Source: Enoplolaimus lenunculus (taxonomy: Eukaryota). Taken from it: 64,000 nucleotides of DNA. Made by a program: the position numbers and the translations under genes. The stretch covers positions 310,001-374,000 of the forward strand of contig JASANG010001546.1 in the NCBI GenBank assembly GCA_030248215.1, in the 5' to 3' direction. Shown piece after piece: positions 39,477 to 53,220 of this stretch. The notes beneath the pieces were generated by a model that saw nothing but the letters and a program-made list of their open reading frames with translations, was not told the origin of the DNA and ran no database searches. The first letter of the stretch is position 1, and every line of letters begins with the position of its first letter.

Positions 39477-40161
39477 AACAGCGAAACCATGAAGGAATTT
39501 TGCATACCAGCGTGGCATATATAAAGTAACCCACCAGGTCATTCTGGTTCTGAAATCTTGTCCCATTCGAACAAAAACACAATGCTGATAACATACCAAT
39601 TAGGTATTAACTGATAAATTTGGCAAAATCCTAAAAAAAATTAACAATATTTTGGTTTTTGTTCGCCCCGAATGTCACATCTGGTTTAAAATTTGAAAAT
39701 TTGAACTCAAATTTAAATTTAAACAAATTCTCAGCACATACACCACAGGCACATACCGATACCTACATGATTACAGTATTAACTTGGTTAAAACTGGCTA
39801 ACCATGGAATGTTAATGTATAATTACAGACTGATAATACATTTCCAATCGGGGATTATAAAAGAGTTTAAAAACGAGACGTTTAGACTTAGGTTTAGACT
39901 TAGGTTTAGACTTAGGTTTAGACTTAGGGTTAGGTTCAGTAGACGGTCCCTTATAACAAGGACAGTAATAGAGTGCAGGAATGTCAGTATGTGAACGTAA
40001 AACGGGGGGCACGAGCAGCGTGAACACCTCCTTCGAATTTGGACTTGCGAATTACCGGACAGAACCAAAATTTGAAGCTTCATTTAAAATTGAATTCCAA
40101 TATTTCTGAAACACTACCAATCGCTCGTATGTTTGCCATGAAATATTTTCTGGAGGCCTAA

Positions 40162-40252
40162 GGGTTGCGCTATACTTTACTGTGCCGGCATCCGGCGGTG
40201 TGCGACGGCAGGCGGCAGCATCCGGTGGCGTGTGGCAAGTAGGGCGCAACCC
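40162..40252. mobile_element. PIF/Harbinger (Tourist-like) GC-rich MITE
   Basis: TAA|GGGTTGCGCTATACTT...AAGTAGGGCGCAACCC|TAA. Relatives at about 9548-9714, 9880-10014, 48344-48472 and 58352-58487. Confidence 0.75.
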
Positions 40253-40676
40253 TAAGACTGCATAAGGACATGTATATCATACATCCAGGATAGCGGAAAG
40301 GATATATTTTCGAGTTTGGATCGCCGAGTCCCGATGATTGTTTTGAGTGCGAGCATACGGAGGGAGAAAATTTTTTCAACTCCTGCACGTTTTACAGTAT
40401 TTTAAAGTGTCAATATTTGAGTCTTCGTAAATATTAAGATGACATATGCCACATATTCGTTATTTATCATCAAAACGATTTATTACCACGAGTCAATCTG
40501 ATGGTAACATTTAGACTCATATCCGTCCGGTTTACGTACAGAGCAACATTTCACTGCAAAAATGTACAGTTTGACAAACAAATTTACTCAAATTATCATA
40601 AACGACTTAGTTTACGTCATGGTAACATTTCGAATTTATCTTTCAACTCGAAGTTGGAAAAAATTAAAAAACTTAC

Positions 40677-40888
40677 GAGGTGAACGAATCCATGCAGTGA
40701 GGTTGAACTGAAGTCGAGTTGAAATTATTTGGTGTCAATGAAACGTCGCGTTCAGTTTGGGTTTTCGACGTATAACTGTTGGTTATTGGTATCATTGGCA
40801 TTGAGTAACAGTTCGACTCGACTCGTACTCGACTATAACTGTTGTCGCTGTTCACACGATGTGTGAAATATTTTTTGAATTTTTGCAT
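40677..40888 (-). CDS. Candidate alternative first coding exon of the GR-like gene
   Basis: ATG-initiated 70-codon Ser/Thr/Asn-rich ORF in non-repetitive sequence, ending at a perfect donor TC|GTAAGT. Phase 2, compatible with the acceptor at 25954. Confidence 0.5.
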
Positions 40889-41635
40889 GGTTTAAAATAT
40901 TTATTTATGTTTTTAGTTTTAAATAATTAATTTATGTTTTTATATTGTTTTTTTTTATTTTTATTAAATTCATCTAAAACTATGTCTTTACCGTAAGCGT
41001 AATGCAATAATTGCCGGCACATCCCAAGTGCCGGCGGAAGCGCCCCTCATATGCTTCAATTTGGGGAGCACGACCCATGGGGCTCCATATCGGCAATTTG
41101 TTTGCGGACCAAGAAGTAATAGAGCTGCGAAACGTTTTATTGGTAACCCTCGGACTTGGTTGGACGGTCCTGACTGTATTAACGCCCGCCCTGCACATCT
41201 CAGGAACAGCTTTTATTAAAAATATCTTAAATCATAATATGAACATTTGATTTGGCAAAAGATAGTCCAAAAACGTCCCATTGTGTGATCAAAAATTTTG
41301 ATTGCGGGGGGTGTGGGAATTTAAAATAAAATTTTCCATGGGGGGGCGGAAATGCCGTCCTTAGTTTCAGACAAAGGTAACGCTGATAAAAGTAGGGAGT
41401 ATTTTTGCATTTTATAAACATTACCGGTTCCTATTAATACTTAGTTCCATGAAGGCATATATACGCAATCAACCAAATTGATTTGAATCGCATATGTAAA
41501 TTCTAGCAAATCACAAGATATTTCAGTAAAACAAACAGCGAAATCTGCACCCTTTCTCAGCCATATGGTTCCCTATGACTGCGTATTGCTGGTATCTTGT
41601 GGATGACGTTTGCATTAAATGGCTATAAATATTAA

Positions 41636-41948
41636 GGCCAATGTCGACAACAGGGCCGTAACAGTAGTATAAGCATATTGCTAAGCCTGAAGCCTACAAG
41701 CGTAAGAATGAGCTTATACCTCCTAAGCCTGAGCCTAACCAATGCCTAGGCGTAAGAATGAGTTAATACCTAAGCCGAAGCCAGCGCGTAGGCAGAAAAA
41801 TGAGCCTATTCCTAAGCCTGAGCCTAAGCCAAAGCCTAGGCGTAACAATAAGCTTATATCTAAGCCTAAACAAAAATTCGTCTAAAGCTAAAGCTGACTC
41901 TATTACAGACCAGCAGAAAAACGTTCCGCCCTGATCTTTACACGGGAT
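41636..41948 (-). mobile_element. Merlin-like telomeric-repeat MITE (diverged)
   Basis: TIR remnants. TSD AATATTAA/AATATAAA. Confidence 0.7.
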
Positions 41949-44806
41949 AATATAAACACCGGCTATCGCACATTAACGCTGAGGCTTAGGTTGAGAGGTG
42001 TCAGTTATTGCGTGTTCCAGGTAAGAATATAAAACCTGTTCATTCTTATTTTAAGCAACGGATGACGTCTTTAAGGGTTTGGAACACAATATCGCTACTA
42101 AATGGGTTAACAGCGTTAATCAATATATACCAACCGACATTATCCATGAAACGAATATTAAGTAATAACATTAAATTTTGCACATTTTCAAAGGAAATTG
42201 TCAATTACCGAAACCCATAACTGCGAAACTAAACAAAGCATACGAAATCAGATACGCCTCGAATATGAGAAAACTTTTTTCTGACAGGAAAAATATACTA
42301 AGTTCCAAACAATGGTAGCCGAGTACTTGACGAAAAATGGCTCCGAAAACAAGTGACACTTAACATTTGCAGGTACAACGAAGTGCTTATTAATGGTAAA
42401 ACTGTTTTCAAATATTATTTCTAATATATTGAGTTTGAAAATCGCATATTTACGGTTTAAGATGTTAACATTTGTGGCCAATGTTACTTTAAGGGACGTA
42501 ACAGTAGATTAAACCGCATTCCTAAGCCTAAGGCTAAGCCTAAAGCGTTGCATAAATGAGTTCCTAAGCTTAAGCCTAAGCGTGGCAAAAAAGTGTTCCT
42601 AAGTCTAAGCCTAAGCCTAAGCGTAAGCAACAAAACGTAATCTAGAATCTAAACTTACTCTTTTATAGACACCAAAAACCTGGACGCCCCGTTCAGCTAT
42701 AGGAGCTTGACGCTCGAGCCCGATTAGGCTCTCACGTCTTGTGGTGATTTAATACAATGTATACGTGTTGCAATTGTTAAACACGGTGCGATATATATTA
42801 TTTAACGTATATACACTGCGCTAAGTTGCCTATTGGCAACTCAATGTGTGAAGGGGTTAATTGTTTTTCAATTTAAAACTTAATTGAAATCAATTACTAG
42901 TAATTGAAATGAACTAAAAATTAAAAAACAATTCGTAACAGAAGCAAAAATCTGTAGCCAGTTTTGCATGCTAAAAATTTACCAAATACTATCACATGGG
43001 ATATGCAGGCATTTCGCCTGTCTAATAAGAATTGCTTAAACCTTTCAAGGTAGATAAATGTTTCCTAAGAGTAGTTAAGCCCCCCATGACGCCCGTTCAG
43101 GCTTCAGCTGCAGTTGATAACAGATGTAACATATATTCGATTAATTTATAAAACTACACTGCAAAAAATGTTGAGTATAATTGACTCTCTCCGAAATGGG
43201 CTCTACGGAACTACACAACCTGAGTTAAATTCGACTCCAACGGAGTCAAATTCGACTCACTGAATCGCATGTTTAACTCTGTCGGAGCCGAATTTGACTC
43301 AGTTTGGGTAGTCCCGTAGAGTCTATTTCGGAGAGAGACAATTTGACACATTATTTTTTGCAGGATATGCTTTTAATTTAGAAATTTTGCTATTTAATGT
43401 GTATACGACGTACCCTTGGTTTGTAAATTTTCTAATTCTCACGGGTCAAAGTACTGATGTGAACGGATGTTATCTGATCCTCACATGCAAACGTCCGTTG
43501 GCTGCACGCCATAACACTTGATACAAAAGTGACTAGCAAAAATAAGTTAAAAAATAACATTTTCACGGTCACAGCCTAAAAGGTTTTGACCTGGCTTTGT
43601 TTACGCTTTGTCATACCGCAAGGCATTGAACCAATCAGTATTGGCTGAGCATCGGCATATGGGAACATGTATAGAATCGGGTCGGAACGTTTTCCGGCGG
43701 GGGTGTAATAGAGTACGCTTCCGCTTTAGGCTAGTTTTTTTGCATAGCCTTAGGGTTAGGTTTAGGTTTAGGCACAGGAATATGCTTATACTACTGTTTC
43801 GGCCCTATTCTGTAGATTGGCCGGAAAATGGGTCGACATTTACCTTTTAAACCGCTGAGAAATATCAAAAACGGGCATTTTTACCGGTTTTAAAGTTAAT
43901 CCTTGAAATAATTCACAGTTATAACCGTTCTGAGCAGAAATTCTGCCGTGTTACCCCCTCAGTTGGCTGTACGTTTGGCGTAGCTTGAGTTTTATAAGCA
44001 TCGGCTATAATTAAATCACAAAGGAGCCGCTTTAACTAAATATTGTCACGTTTTTTGTACAACTGTATATTTCGCCTGCTATATTTGAATTTAAATTTAT
44101 AATGAAATTAAAATTTGAATTAAAGTAGTCAAAGTGAAACTTGGACGTTCATTGATTTTCGAAACGTATATTCTCAAATGTGTATAGCACCTATAAGTGA
44201 ACATTGTCGTGTATAAGTGCGAGCAGGACCAGAGCAGCCACAACCGTACTTCTATTAGGGGGGCGCACCTTTAAAGGGGCACCCGCCCTAATCGGTTGAA
44301 ACGATAGTGTCATCAACTAACATTACAGGTTAACCATGATACTGCCGATGCGAGTGAAGCAATCGAGTAATCAACGAATTATTTTGCATTTTATGTTTTA
44401 ATTCAAACCGGTACCCATGTCAAGATCAGGGGCGGAACGTTTTTCCGTGGGACAAGAATAGAATAAGGTTAGGATTAAGAGTAATTTTTTTGATTGGCTT
44501 AGGCTTAGGCTTAGGCTTAGAAATATGCTGCTTGTCTGTATGACGAAATTTTGGTCCGTGTAAAGATCAGGGTTAGAACTTTTTGGTGCTGGAATGCAAT
44601 AAGCTTAAGCGTTAGACTATTCGTTTTGCTCAGGCTTCGGTTTTGGTATAACCTCATTCGTACACTTAGCCTTCGGCTTAGGAATTTACAGCTGGTTCAA
44701 TCCTTATACAGCATTACGGCTGCAATATAGTAATACAAGGTGAACGCGAATATATGTATATTCAGATTATTTTGAAAAAACACAATTTATCAAAAACAAA
44801 TTAATC

Positions 44807-44893
44807 TGTAAGCATGTGAGACATGAGATCGTGGGATCGAAACAAGCTTTGCGCAACCTGTTTCGGCTGCTTAGTTAAAAGGTCTGAAGTTCC
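44807..44893 (+). mobile_element. Internally deleted LTR remnant of the TRIM family
   Basis: Starts TGTAAGCATGTGAGAC and contains GCTGCTTAGTTAAAAGGTCTGAAGTTCC, matching the two ends of the LTRs at 55520/55880. Another 5' remnant lies at about 10800-10870. Confidence 0.6.
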
Positions 44894-45402
44894 AAACGAT
44901 TAAACCAAATGATTTAATAATGGAATCCAATTATATTACAACAAATCGCCCCATATATCGTGCCCTGAACACGTATTTGCCCCAGTTGACAACTGATCCG
45001 CCCAACAAACTGTCGTTCAGTGCAGATTAAAACTACCGAAAGAAGAGTAACCGTTCAACCAATAATACTGCAACAAAAAATGCCCTTATGCTTATACATC
45101 CACCAATCAGATTAAAGCTGGTTTTCAGAAGTCGCTCGGGTGGTCGTGAATAACAACTGTAAATTTTAGGCAACTCCAGTTGTCAATTCGGGCCAATATT
45201 GCGATTCAGAACAGAGTTTCACAAACTGTGCGACATTTATCAAGCATAAAATGAAATATTAATTCCAAGAAGTATTAGCTTTGGTAGTCAAAGATTGTCG
45301 TGTTTTCAATTATTTGACTAGAAAACATTAGCCGCAGTTGGTCCAATTTTGTTTACGGATTATAACATAAATGTTGGTGTCAAGATAGCACAAAAAGAAT
45401 GC

Positions 45403-45762
45403 CAAACATACAAACAAGCAAGCAAGCAAACAAGCAAACAAACAAGCAAACAACAAGCAAACAAACAAACTAGCTAACTAACTAACAAACTAACAAGCAA
45501 GCAAACAAACAAACAAACAAATAAACAAACTAACTAACTAACTAAATAACTAGCTAACTGACTAACTAACAAGCAAACAAACAAGCAAACAACAAGCAAA
45601 CAAACAAACAAACAACAAGCAAACAAACAAACAAACAAGCAAACAAACAAGCAAACAACAAGCAAACAAACAAACAAACAACAAGCAAACAAACAAACAA
45701 ACAAGCAAACAAAAAAATCAAAAACAAACAAGCAAAAAACAAAAAACAAACAAACAAACAAC
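45403..45762. repeat. Compound (AAAC/AAGC/AACT)n microsatellite
   Basis: Direct reading. Confidence 0.9.
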
Positions 45763-46538
45763 CATTAAAATGCATCCCAAATGGTACTATAAAATATTAG
45801 GGTCCGTTTTCTCCTTAACATCATGTACTTAAAGTGACATGGGGTGATTAGTTTTGATATAAATAGCCAAAAAACTGAAAATTTTTCTTCTAAATTCTAA
45901 AGATTTTCTAAACTAAAATTCAGATGCAACAAAAATGATTTTTTATTCCTAAATTATACATCTCTTCTCGTTTGGACAATTGTCGCTGATGGGAAAGTTA
46001 TAGGACGGTGCAAGACGTTGTTGACTTGCGGTGCGTTCTGACGTCTTATTAAAATTAGCGTACGATGGAACATGGAGCCGGGCGACGCCGGACCGGAGCG
46101 GAAAGCTTTTACAATAGTCGAAAAGCATAGGCCCACAGCCGAAACCATGGAATGGCTAAAAATCGCGGATGCCAGTAAGTCCCATTATGCTAAAACAGCA
46201 TAAATACGACGCTCTTACACTTTCTATCAGGCTAGAAATTTTCAGATTTTGGCAAAACTTTACAGGCTTATGATTGAGTTTGTGGTTTTGGTTAGGCTTA
46301 AGCTTAGGTTTCAGCTGGTGAGAGGCGTCTGCAAGGGCCAAAAACACTCCACTCGAACGCTGTAAATAAATGCACGTTTTTAATTGTGACGCCATATTAT
46401 AACTGTTTTTAATACATACACCACAGCTGTTAAATAATCAATGTTACTCTGACTGGCGTACCGTTTTTACACAATACTCCAATAGAGTAAACTTAAGCTT
46501 TAGACTATTTTTATGGTTTAGGTTTAGGTTTAGTCCTA

Positions 46539-46759
46539 GGCCCATATTCTCAAATGCATATAGCACCTATCACAAGTTAGCAATAGGTATTCAAACTAAC
46601 GAACTGGTGCAATTACAGATCTCAAAATTTGTACAGTAGCAGAGAAAATCGAAAGCAATAAATGCGCTGAATTTCAAACCTCACTATTCCCTGCTTCAAA
46701 AGTTACAAGGCCTATCACCGTCTGGTAAAGCTGCTACACACATTTGAGAATACGAGCTC
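46539..46759. mobile_element. Approx. 220-bp MITE with TIR GGCCC(A/G)TATTCTCAAATG (Harbinger-like, tentative)
   Basis: Long TIRs ATTCTCAAATG.ATAGCA / TGCTACACACATTTGAGAATA. Copies at about 12759-12980, 26671-26887, 30752-30974, 33530-33750 and 59868-60070. Confidence 0.7.
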
Positions 46760-49074
46760 TAGGCCTAGTATTGCGTCCGTATTTTGGACGATGTTAAGTT
46801 TATGCTTAAGCTTAGGAATATGTTTATACTATGCTATGCCGTTCAAATTAACGTTGGCCGCTATTTAAAATACGTAATGGTGACACCGCTGTAGCCAGGA
46901 TGGCGATGGGGTCCATGGTCTCACAATGATTTTGGAAAAATTTCATTTTTGGATAAATTAAACAACTAGTTGTTGTACCTTGCTATTCTGAACCGAAATT
47001 GCTATAATATTATATGTACCAAAACTTGTTTTCTCACGTGTTGTTGTGCGTAGTGATTCATTTTGTACGATTAACACACTTTATATTTTAAATATTTTTA
47101 TGTGCTTGAACGGTGAGTCCGTAATAAAATTATAATATAAAATTTTTCTGGTTTTCTGGTTATCATTTTTGCAGCTGGCGTTGGCCAACCAACAATGGTT
47201 TTATTTTGAAAAGTTTACCATCTTCCGACTTTTCATGACTTCTCCTGATCATTCCACGCACAATTTAATGTTTTTTGAAAAATTCCATTTCCCACGTCCC
47301 AGGCTGATCTTTGGACTCAGAAAATAACCCAACTCCGCAATCTGCGGTACATGAATTGTTGACCTAATTTTTTTGGCTTCTAAAAGTAGGAACTTTAGAC
47401 CTTAAAAATCGACTTTTTCAAAACTCACAAATTTTCGCATGTCCTGATCAGGTGCAGTAACCAGAGAAGTTCAGATATGCAAAAATTTTCAAAATCAAAC
47501 CATTTTTGGCCATACGCCGTCTGGGAGCATTTCCCAAAAGATCCAAATGTTATATTCTACGTACGACAAGACCGGAAGGGACATTTTCCCCAATCGAACC
47601 CTTTGATTCACGTATGTGGGTGCCTAAACTGACAAATATCTATTGCTCGATATGTACACAGTGCCGTTTGTTGAAGGGTATTTTTTTCAACCGGTCTTAT
47701 TCATTCTACATTCTGTCGGTGTTTACGCTCCAAAACCTGTGGTGCCTGATTAATGGCCGTTTCGTCATACGGTCATTTACATGAACCACAAGGCCTCTTC
47801 CAAACACCGGGGGCCCCAAGCATTTCTCTGCTGCAAAATATATACTCTACAAACGCAAATATGGATACACTCCACATAAGCTGGCTAGAAAAATGTGAGG
47901 GGGCAATAGCCTTATAACTCGCCCCCCCGCCATGGTCTGTGGTTCCATGATTCATCGATTGCTATAGAGTTTTCTAGTTTTTCCCCCATTTGTATCTGTT
48001 ACTCCGGGTCTGTTTCTACGCTCACATGTTGTTTTGGAGTCATTTTTTTAAATGATAAAAGCGATTTTATGGTATCTGTATTTTACGTTCAACTGAAACC
48101 TGTGATTTGAATACAACTTGTATTTTTATATCGTTTCAAACCAGCGTTGTAGATTTCATATTCGGGCAGCGTTTCGCAGCAAACCGTAGCATTCAACCAA
48201 ATTTGAGACATTTGAAAATTTGAAATTCAGAAAATTTGTGTAAAATTTGTTTGACGTACATTTTTGTTGCATTTTAATTCTAAATTTCTTCTTTAACCTG
48301 AAAGTAATTTAGGCTGAAACCTGAGTAACAATAATCAAGCCTAAGGTCTACGCTATACTTTACTGAGTAGGACGCCGGCGGCACGTGGCGGCATGCGGCA
48401 AATTTTTTATTGCGCCGGCATGCGGCCGCTCGCAGCGGCGTCCGGCGGCGCTCCGGGAGTATAGCGCATCCCTAAGTTTGATCTTGGTACAACGCAAATT
48501 CTACAGTACACCATAGTTTCTAGCATTAATATTACGACGTACCAGCTTAAATTTAGTGGGGCCGTATCTGAGAATTAATGCGTTCCAGCTTTATTAATAT
48601 CGATTGGATAAATTCAACGATTTTGTATTGTAGATTTTATTTAGATTTTATTTCCAATAAACATTTCCGCTGCATCAAATTGAAATTTGTTACTCGGCGG
48701 ATTATCTCAACCATCAGAACGGATTCGGGTTCGTTTAGTGTTTCGATAATGCCATATTTTCCGCTAATCGGTTCATATACTATATTGTCCAATATATATA
48801 TTATATATCTACAAACAAATAAATACTTATATATAAAGATATATATACTAATTAAACTTTTAAAAAGCCACCAAAAAAGACTCAAATTGGTAGAAAATCT
48901 CTAAAAAACTTGTAATCAATTTTTGTTAAAAATCGGATATGTGTTTAAACCTGATACATTTACACTAAACGTGGATCCTTGGGCCGGTAATTGTAGCTTC
49001 AGATAAAGCTAATTTTAGAAGCGCCGTAAATGATTTTTATTCACTCGACAAACATAAACTGCAATACACAGATT

Positions 49075-49269
49075 GGCCCATGTATAGAACAGGGCCGGAA
49101 CAGAAGTACAAGAATGTTTTAAGCCTAAGCCTAAGCCTAAGCCTAAGCGTAAGGCTGAGCTTGTTCCTAAGCCTTAGCCTAAGCCTTAGCAAAAAAGTTA
49201 GTCTAAAGCTTAAACTGACTCTATTTGAGCCCCGCCGGAAAACGATCCGGCCCTGTTATATACATGGCC
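49075..49269 (-). mobile_element. Merlin-like telomeric-repeat MITE
   Basis: GGCCCATGTATAGAACAGGGCCGG TIR. Exact TSD CACAGATT. Confidence 0.8.
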
Positions 49270-49865
49270 CACAGATTTTTCATAACATCCAGCAAAAACA
49301 AAACCAGAACATTGACCAAAACTCACAACCCAAAAGCGTCCTGCCTGTATACTTGTTAAAATGTAGCTATCCATAATATTTATTCTGTATATGCAAAACA
49401 GCTGCATGTCCCAAGCCTCACACATTACAGTCATTATGTGCTCATAAGCCTCTTTCGTAAAAAAATTTGGTCAAATATCAAGATTCAAAAATTCTTAGAG
49501 TCTGCGCCACCCTACTGCGTCAAAATACCGTTTCGGGTATCCAAGTACACGCATCGTATCACTTTTTTCTGGATCAGCCCCTACCCCTGTTCAGAAATGA
49601 TTAAGTTTGTTCATTAACGATCACTAAAAGGTTAAAACGTGAATGTACCGAGTGTAAATATTTCAAAATTTACCCTCTCAAAAAAACCGTTTTTATGTTC
49701 AGTGTTGCCTCCCCCCGCACGAAGCATTTCCATATACAGCGGATCTGGAAATTTTTAAAGTCAGGGTGTCGTGGAAGCCGATTCAAATCTCTGCGAGTAA
49801 TTCAGCGGGAATCCAAACGCAAGTATTAAATCTTAATACAAAATTTCGGTTTTGTGGGAGCGTAT

Positions 49866-50168
49866 GTGGTTCCTCCCACAGGATTTGCTGGTGATTCCTC
49901 CCACAGGATTTGCTGGTGATTCCTCCCACAGGATTTGCTGGTGATTCCTCCCACAGAATTTGCTGGTGATTCCTCCAACAGGATTTGCTGGTGATTCCTC
50001 CCACAGGATTTGCTGGTGATTCCTCCCACAGAATTTGCTGGTGATTCCTCCAACAGGATTTGCTGGTGATTCCTCCCACAGGATTTGCTGGTGATTCCTC
50101 CCACAGGATTTGCTCGTGATTCCTCCCACAGGATTTGCTGGTGGTTCCTCCCACATGATTTGCTGGTG
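49866..50168. repeat. 25-bp minisatellite, 12 copies
   Basis: Unit GTGATTCCTCCCACAGGATTTGCTG, head to tail. Confidence 0.95.
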
Positions 50169-51098
50169 CCGTATAATTGTTGCACCTGTCACTGGTTTCA
50201 AATATGGTTTTATTGCAGTTTGCACTTTACAACGAGAATATTTTGTATTGCAGAACAAAACAGCAACATTTGTAATTGTTTTTATGAGTGCAACTTGTTT
50301 TTGATTTTACGATTACAATACATTATCGATGCACTATTGCTAAGTTTATCTCTGGTTGCAGAACGCAAGATGCCGCTTGGAAGTGGCGGTGTTTGAAATT
50401 TTGGCCCATCAATCAGGGGCGGACTGTTTTCCCGCATGATTGCTACGAAATAAGCTTAAGCTTTCGACTATTTGCTTTGGCATAGGTTTAGACTTAGACT
50501 TACGCTTAACTAAAACCGGGATTTACAGTGTATGCATTGCAAATTTTTGACAGGACAAAGCTGATGACATGGAATACATACCCCCATCTCGGCCCGGATC
50601 CGCCACTGGTCTTACGAGTTAAACTTAAATACATGGTTCAGCGTAACTTTAGTAAACCTAAGTTAGGTATTGGTGTATATGTAGTACTCATGTATACATA
50701 TCTTTTAAGCCTTCACCTATACTCAACTCGGGCTAAAACCTAAACTGCCGTTAAGGGTTAATCACCTGTTCGTCACAATAACATGCAATAAATGGTTTAA
50801 CTTTTGTTATTAACAGCATAAAGCGGATTCAGAGTGTGCGATGGGGTTCGTACGCACCCCCGTCAGAAATTGTTTTGTGATAAAATGGTAAGGTCATTTC
50901 AATTTTTCAACTTTAGAAAATTGTCACATATATTGTATACAGTAAAAATTGTGTTTGATAATATTTACCAGTCAGCCTTCCCATGAAAAATTTCTGGATC
51001 TGCCGCAACACATAACACCGATGAAAGTGTATGGAAGTTTTGACGAGCAATTTCCTAGTTTAAAATAGCATTTTAAGCATTCGCCGAGGTCGGTGCTA

Positions 51099-51099
<1 letters not shown>

Positions 51100-51146
<47 letters not shown>

Positions 51147-51164
51147 GTTGTTGTTGTTGTTGTT
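51100..51164. repeat. (ATT)n-(GTT)n compound microsatellite
   Basis: Direct reading. Confidence 0.95.
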
Positions 51165-52421
51165 TGAGCGAAGTTTTTAATTAATATTTTAAGCTTTAAC
51201 TTTATTGTGTACGAACGCCAGTAGCTTATGTGATTATTTTACTGAACGGGTTTGTGTATAACCGTTTATATGGGTAAACGTTTGAGACCCGTTTTTGGGA
51301 TGGTGAGTGAAAGGTCCAGAGGGGGTCAGCTCGCCCCACCTTGGAAGACTTTTGTCAAACCCCTATGGAAAACCCTTGTATGCGCCTAATGATAACTTTT
51401 CATCCTACCTGGTGGAAGAGTTTGCTACAGGCCTGTTCTAGTGGTATTTGTTGGAGCCCTTCCGTAACTTCCTTCACAGACGTGGGCCACCTGCCATCCC
51501 AGGTATGTGAACCTGCTTATAAATGGCAGTGTCTATTGCTAGGGACTCGTAAACAGGCAGAAACGAAGAGGTTCTAGAGTACTCTTAGTCCATTCTAAGT
51601 ATTTTAAACTGACCTGCAACTTACTTGCACAAAACCTCCGCATATTCTTTCTGATATTTGTCCCAGCATTTTTAACTGGTTCTTAAGGGACTAAACTTAA
51701 CCAGTTCGAGCATCAGAAAAAAGCCAACCGCACTGAATACTGCAACACCAGAAAATAGTCGAAACAAGCCAATCACGGTGTGGTATTTTGGCTCTATTGA
51801 AACGTTTTGTAATTGGCTGGTAGTTTCTGTCGTTAAACACCTGATGCCGATGCGATTCTTTTACTGGTTAATTGAAGATAAAACATCAATTTAAGATCAT
51901 TTTCGGCTTCTTTTGCAGCTGGTAGGTTTTTGGTTTGAACGGGTCAGACAGGATTTCGGGTCCGTAACCAGAGATGACCCAGGGGGAGACTGATCACAAC
52001 GGGTAAAATTTTGTCCACTCCCCCCCGTCTCATTGTCGCCTCCCTTTTTGATACATTTTCCCATGCTTTGATTTGTTTCGGTAAGACCGAACCTAAATTT
52101 CAGTATTGCGTAGCTTCCGGAACAATTTTATAAATAAAATCAACTAAAAGCGGATGTTAAGGTGTAGAAATACATTTATATGTTAAAATTTTTCATTGCT
52201 ATGGGATATAACAATCGAATTTACCCGGAACGTTTTATTCGCTTCATTACTTCTTGTTTTGACGCTAAAATAATGCGATAACAATTCCCATGTGGCATCA
52301 TAGACTATTAATTTTAAAAACTAAATATCGTTTAGAAATTTAAAACTAAATTTTTACTCTAATACATCTTCCACAATATCATGCGTACACCACGTAGCTT
52401 TCGGTGGGATTGTGTTGTGGA

Positions 52422-52821
52422 CAGGGTGCAACCGGAATTACAATTTACCGGAACCGGAACCGGAATTTGAAAATTTTACCGGAACCGGAACCGGAACCGG
52501 AACCGGAAAATGAAAAATGCATTTCACCAAAAATTTCATTTTAATCTCATTTTTGCTCTATTATTTGTGAAATAACCTTAGTCGAACATAGGTATTTATT
52601 TTATTTGTTGTATTTTAGATTTTCATCATCGACTGAAGTGAAATCCACCATCAATGGCTTATATTCGGAGTACAAGTGGCTTTCAAAAGATTCTTAAAAA
52701 TTAGCAAAGTTAAGAAAACGGCCAAATTATAATACCGGAATTTTTAAATCCGGTAAAAATTTACCGGAACCGGAACCGGAAGGTGAAAAAATGCCGGAAC
52801 CGGAATTCCGGTTGCACCCTG
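52422..52821 (+). mobile_element. hAT-like MITE with (ACCGGA)n subterminal repeats
   Basis: TIR CAGGGTGCAACCGGAATT. TSD GTTGTGGA/GTTGCGGA. Nested in another TIR element (about 52365-52943) related to 17690-17985. Confidence 0.85.
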
Positions 52822-53038
52822 GTTGCGGACGCTGATACTTTTTTGGTTTCAATATTTTGGATATTGAAACTTTTTGGATTCAGTGTCCATAACACTACTC
52901 TATTATAAGTTACCTGGTGTACGCATGATATTGTGGAAGTTGCACAAGGCGTATCAAAATTATTGGTCAAAATAATGCTTTAAGATTAATCCTTTACTCT
53001 GAATGCAGTAATATATTTCTGGTAGGTTTCCAGTTTTC

Positions 53039-53220
53039 GTCCAATGTACTTTAATGGGCCTAACAGTAGATTAAGCGTATTCCTAAGCCTTAGCCTAAAG
53101 GTAGCAAAAATGTGGTCCTAAGCGTAAGCCTAAGCCTAAGCAAAAATCTAATCTAGAATCTAAACCTACTCTTTTATGGACCCATCAGAAACCTGAACGC
53201 CCCTTAATGTAACATGGGCC
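53039..53220 (-). mobile_element. Merlin-like telomeric-repeat MITE (subfamily B)
   Basis: Exact TSD CAGTTTTC. Confidence 0.8.

Noticed and set aside
49866..50168. CRISPR-like array, or repetitive proteins from ORFs 49783-50258
   Set aside because: The units are contiguous with no unique spacers, there are no cas genes and the context is eukaryotic. The ORFs are translations of a minisatellite.
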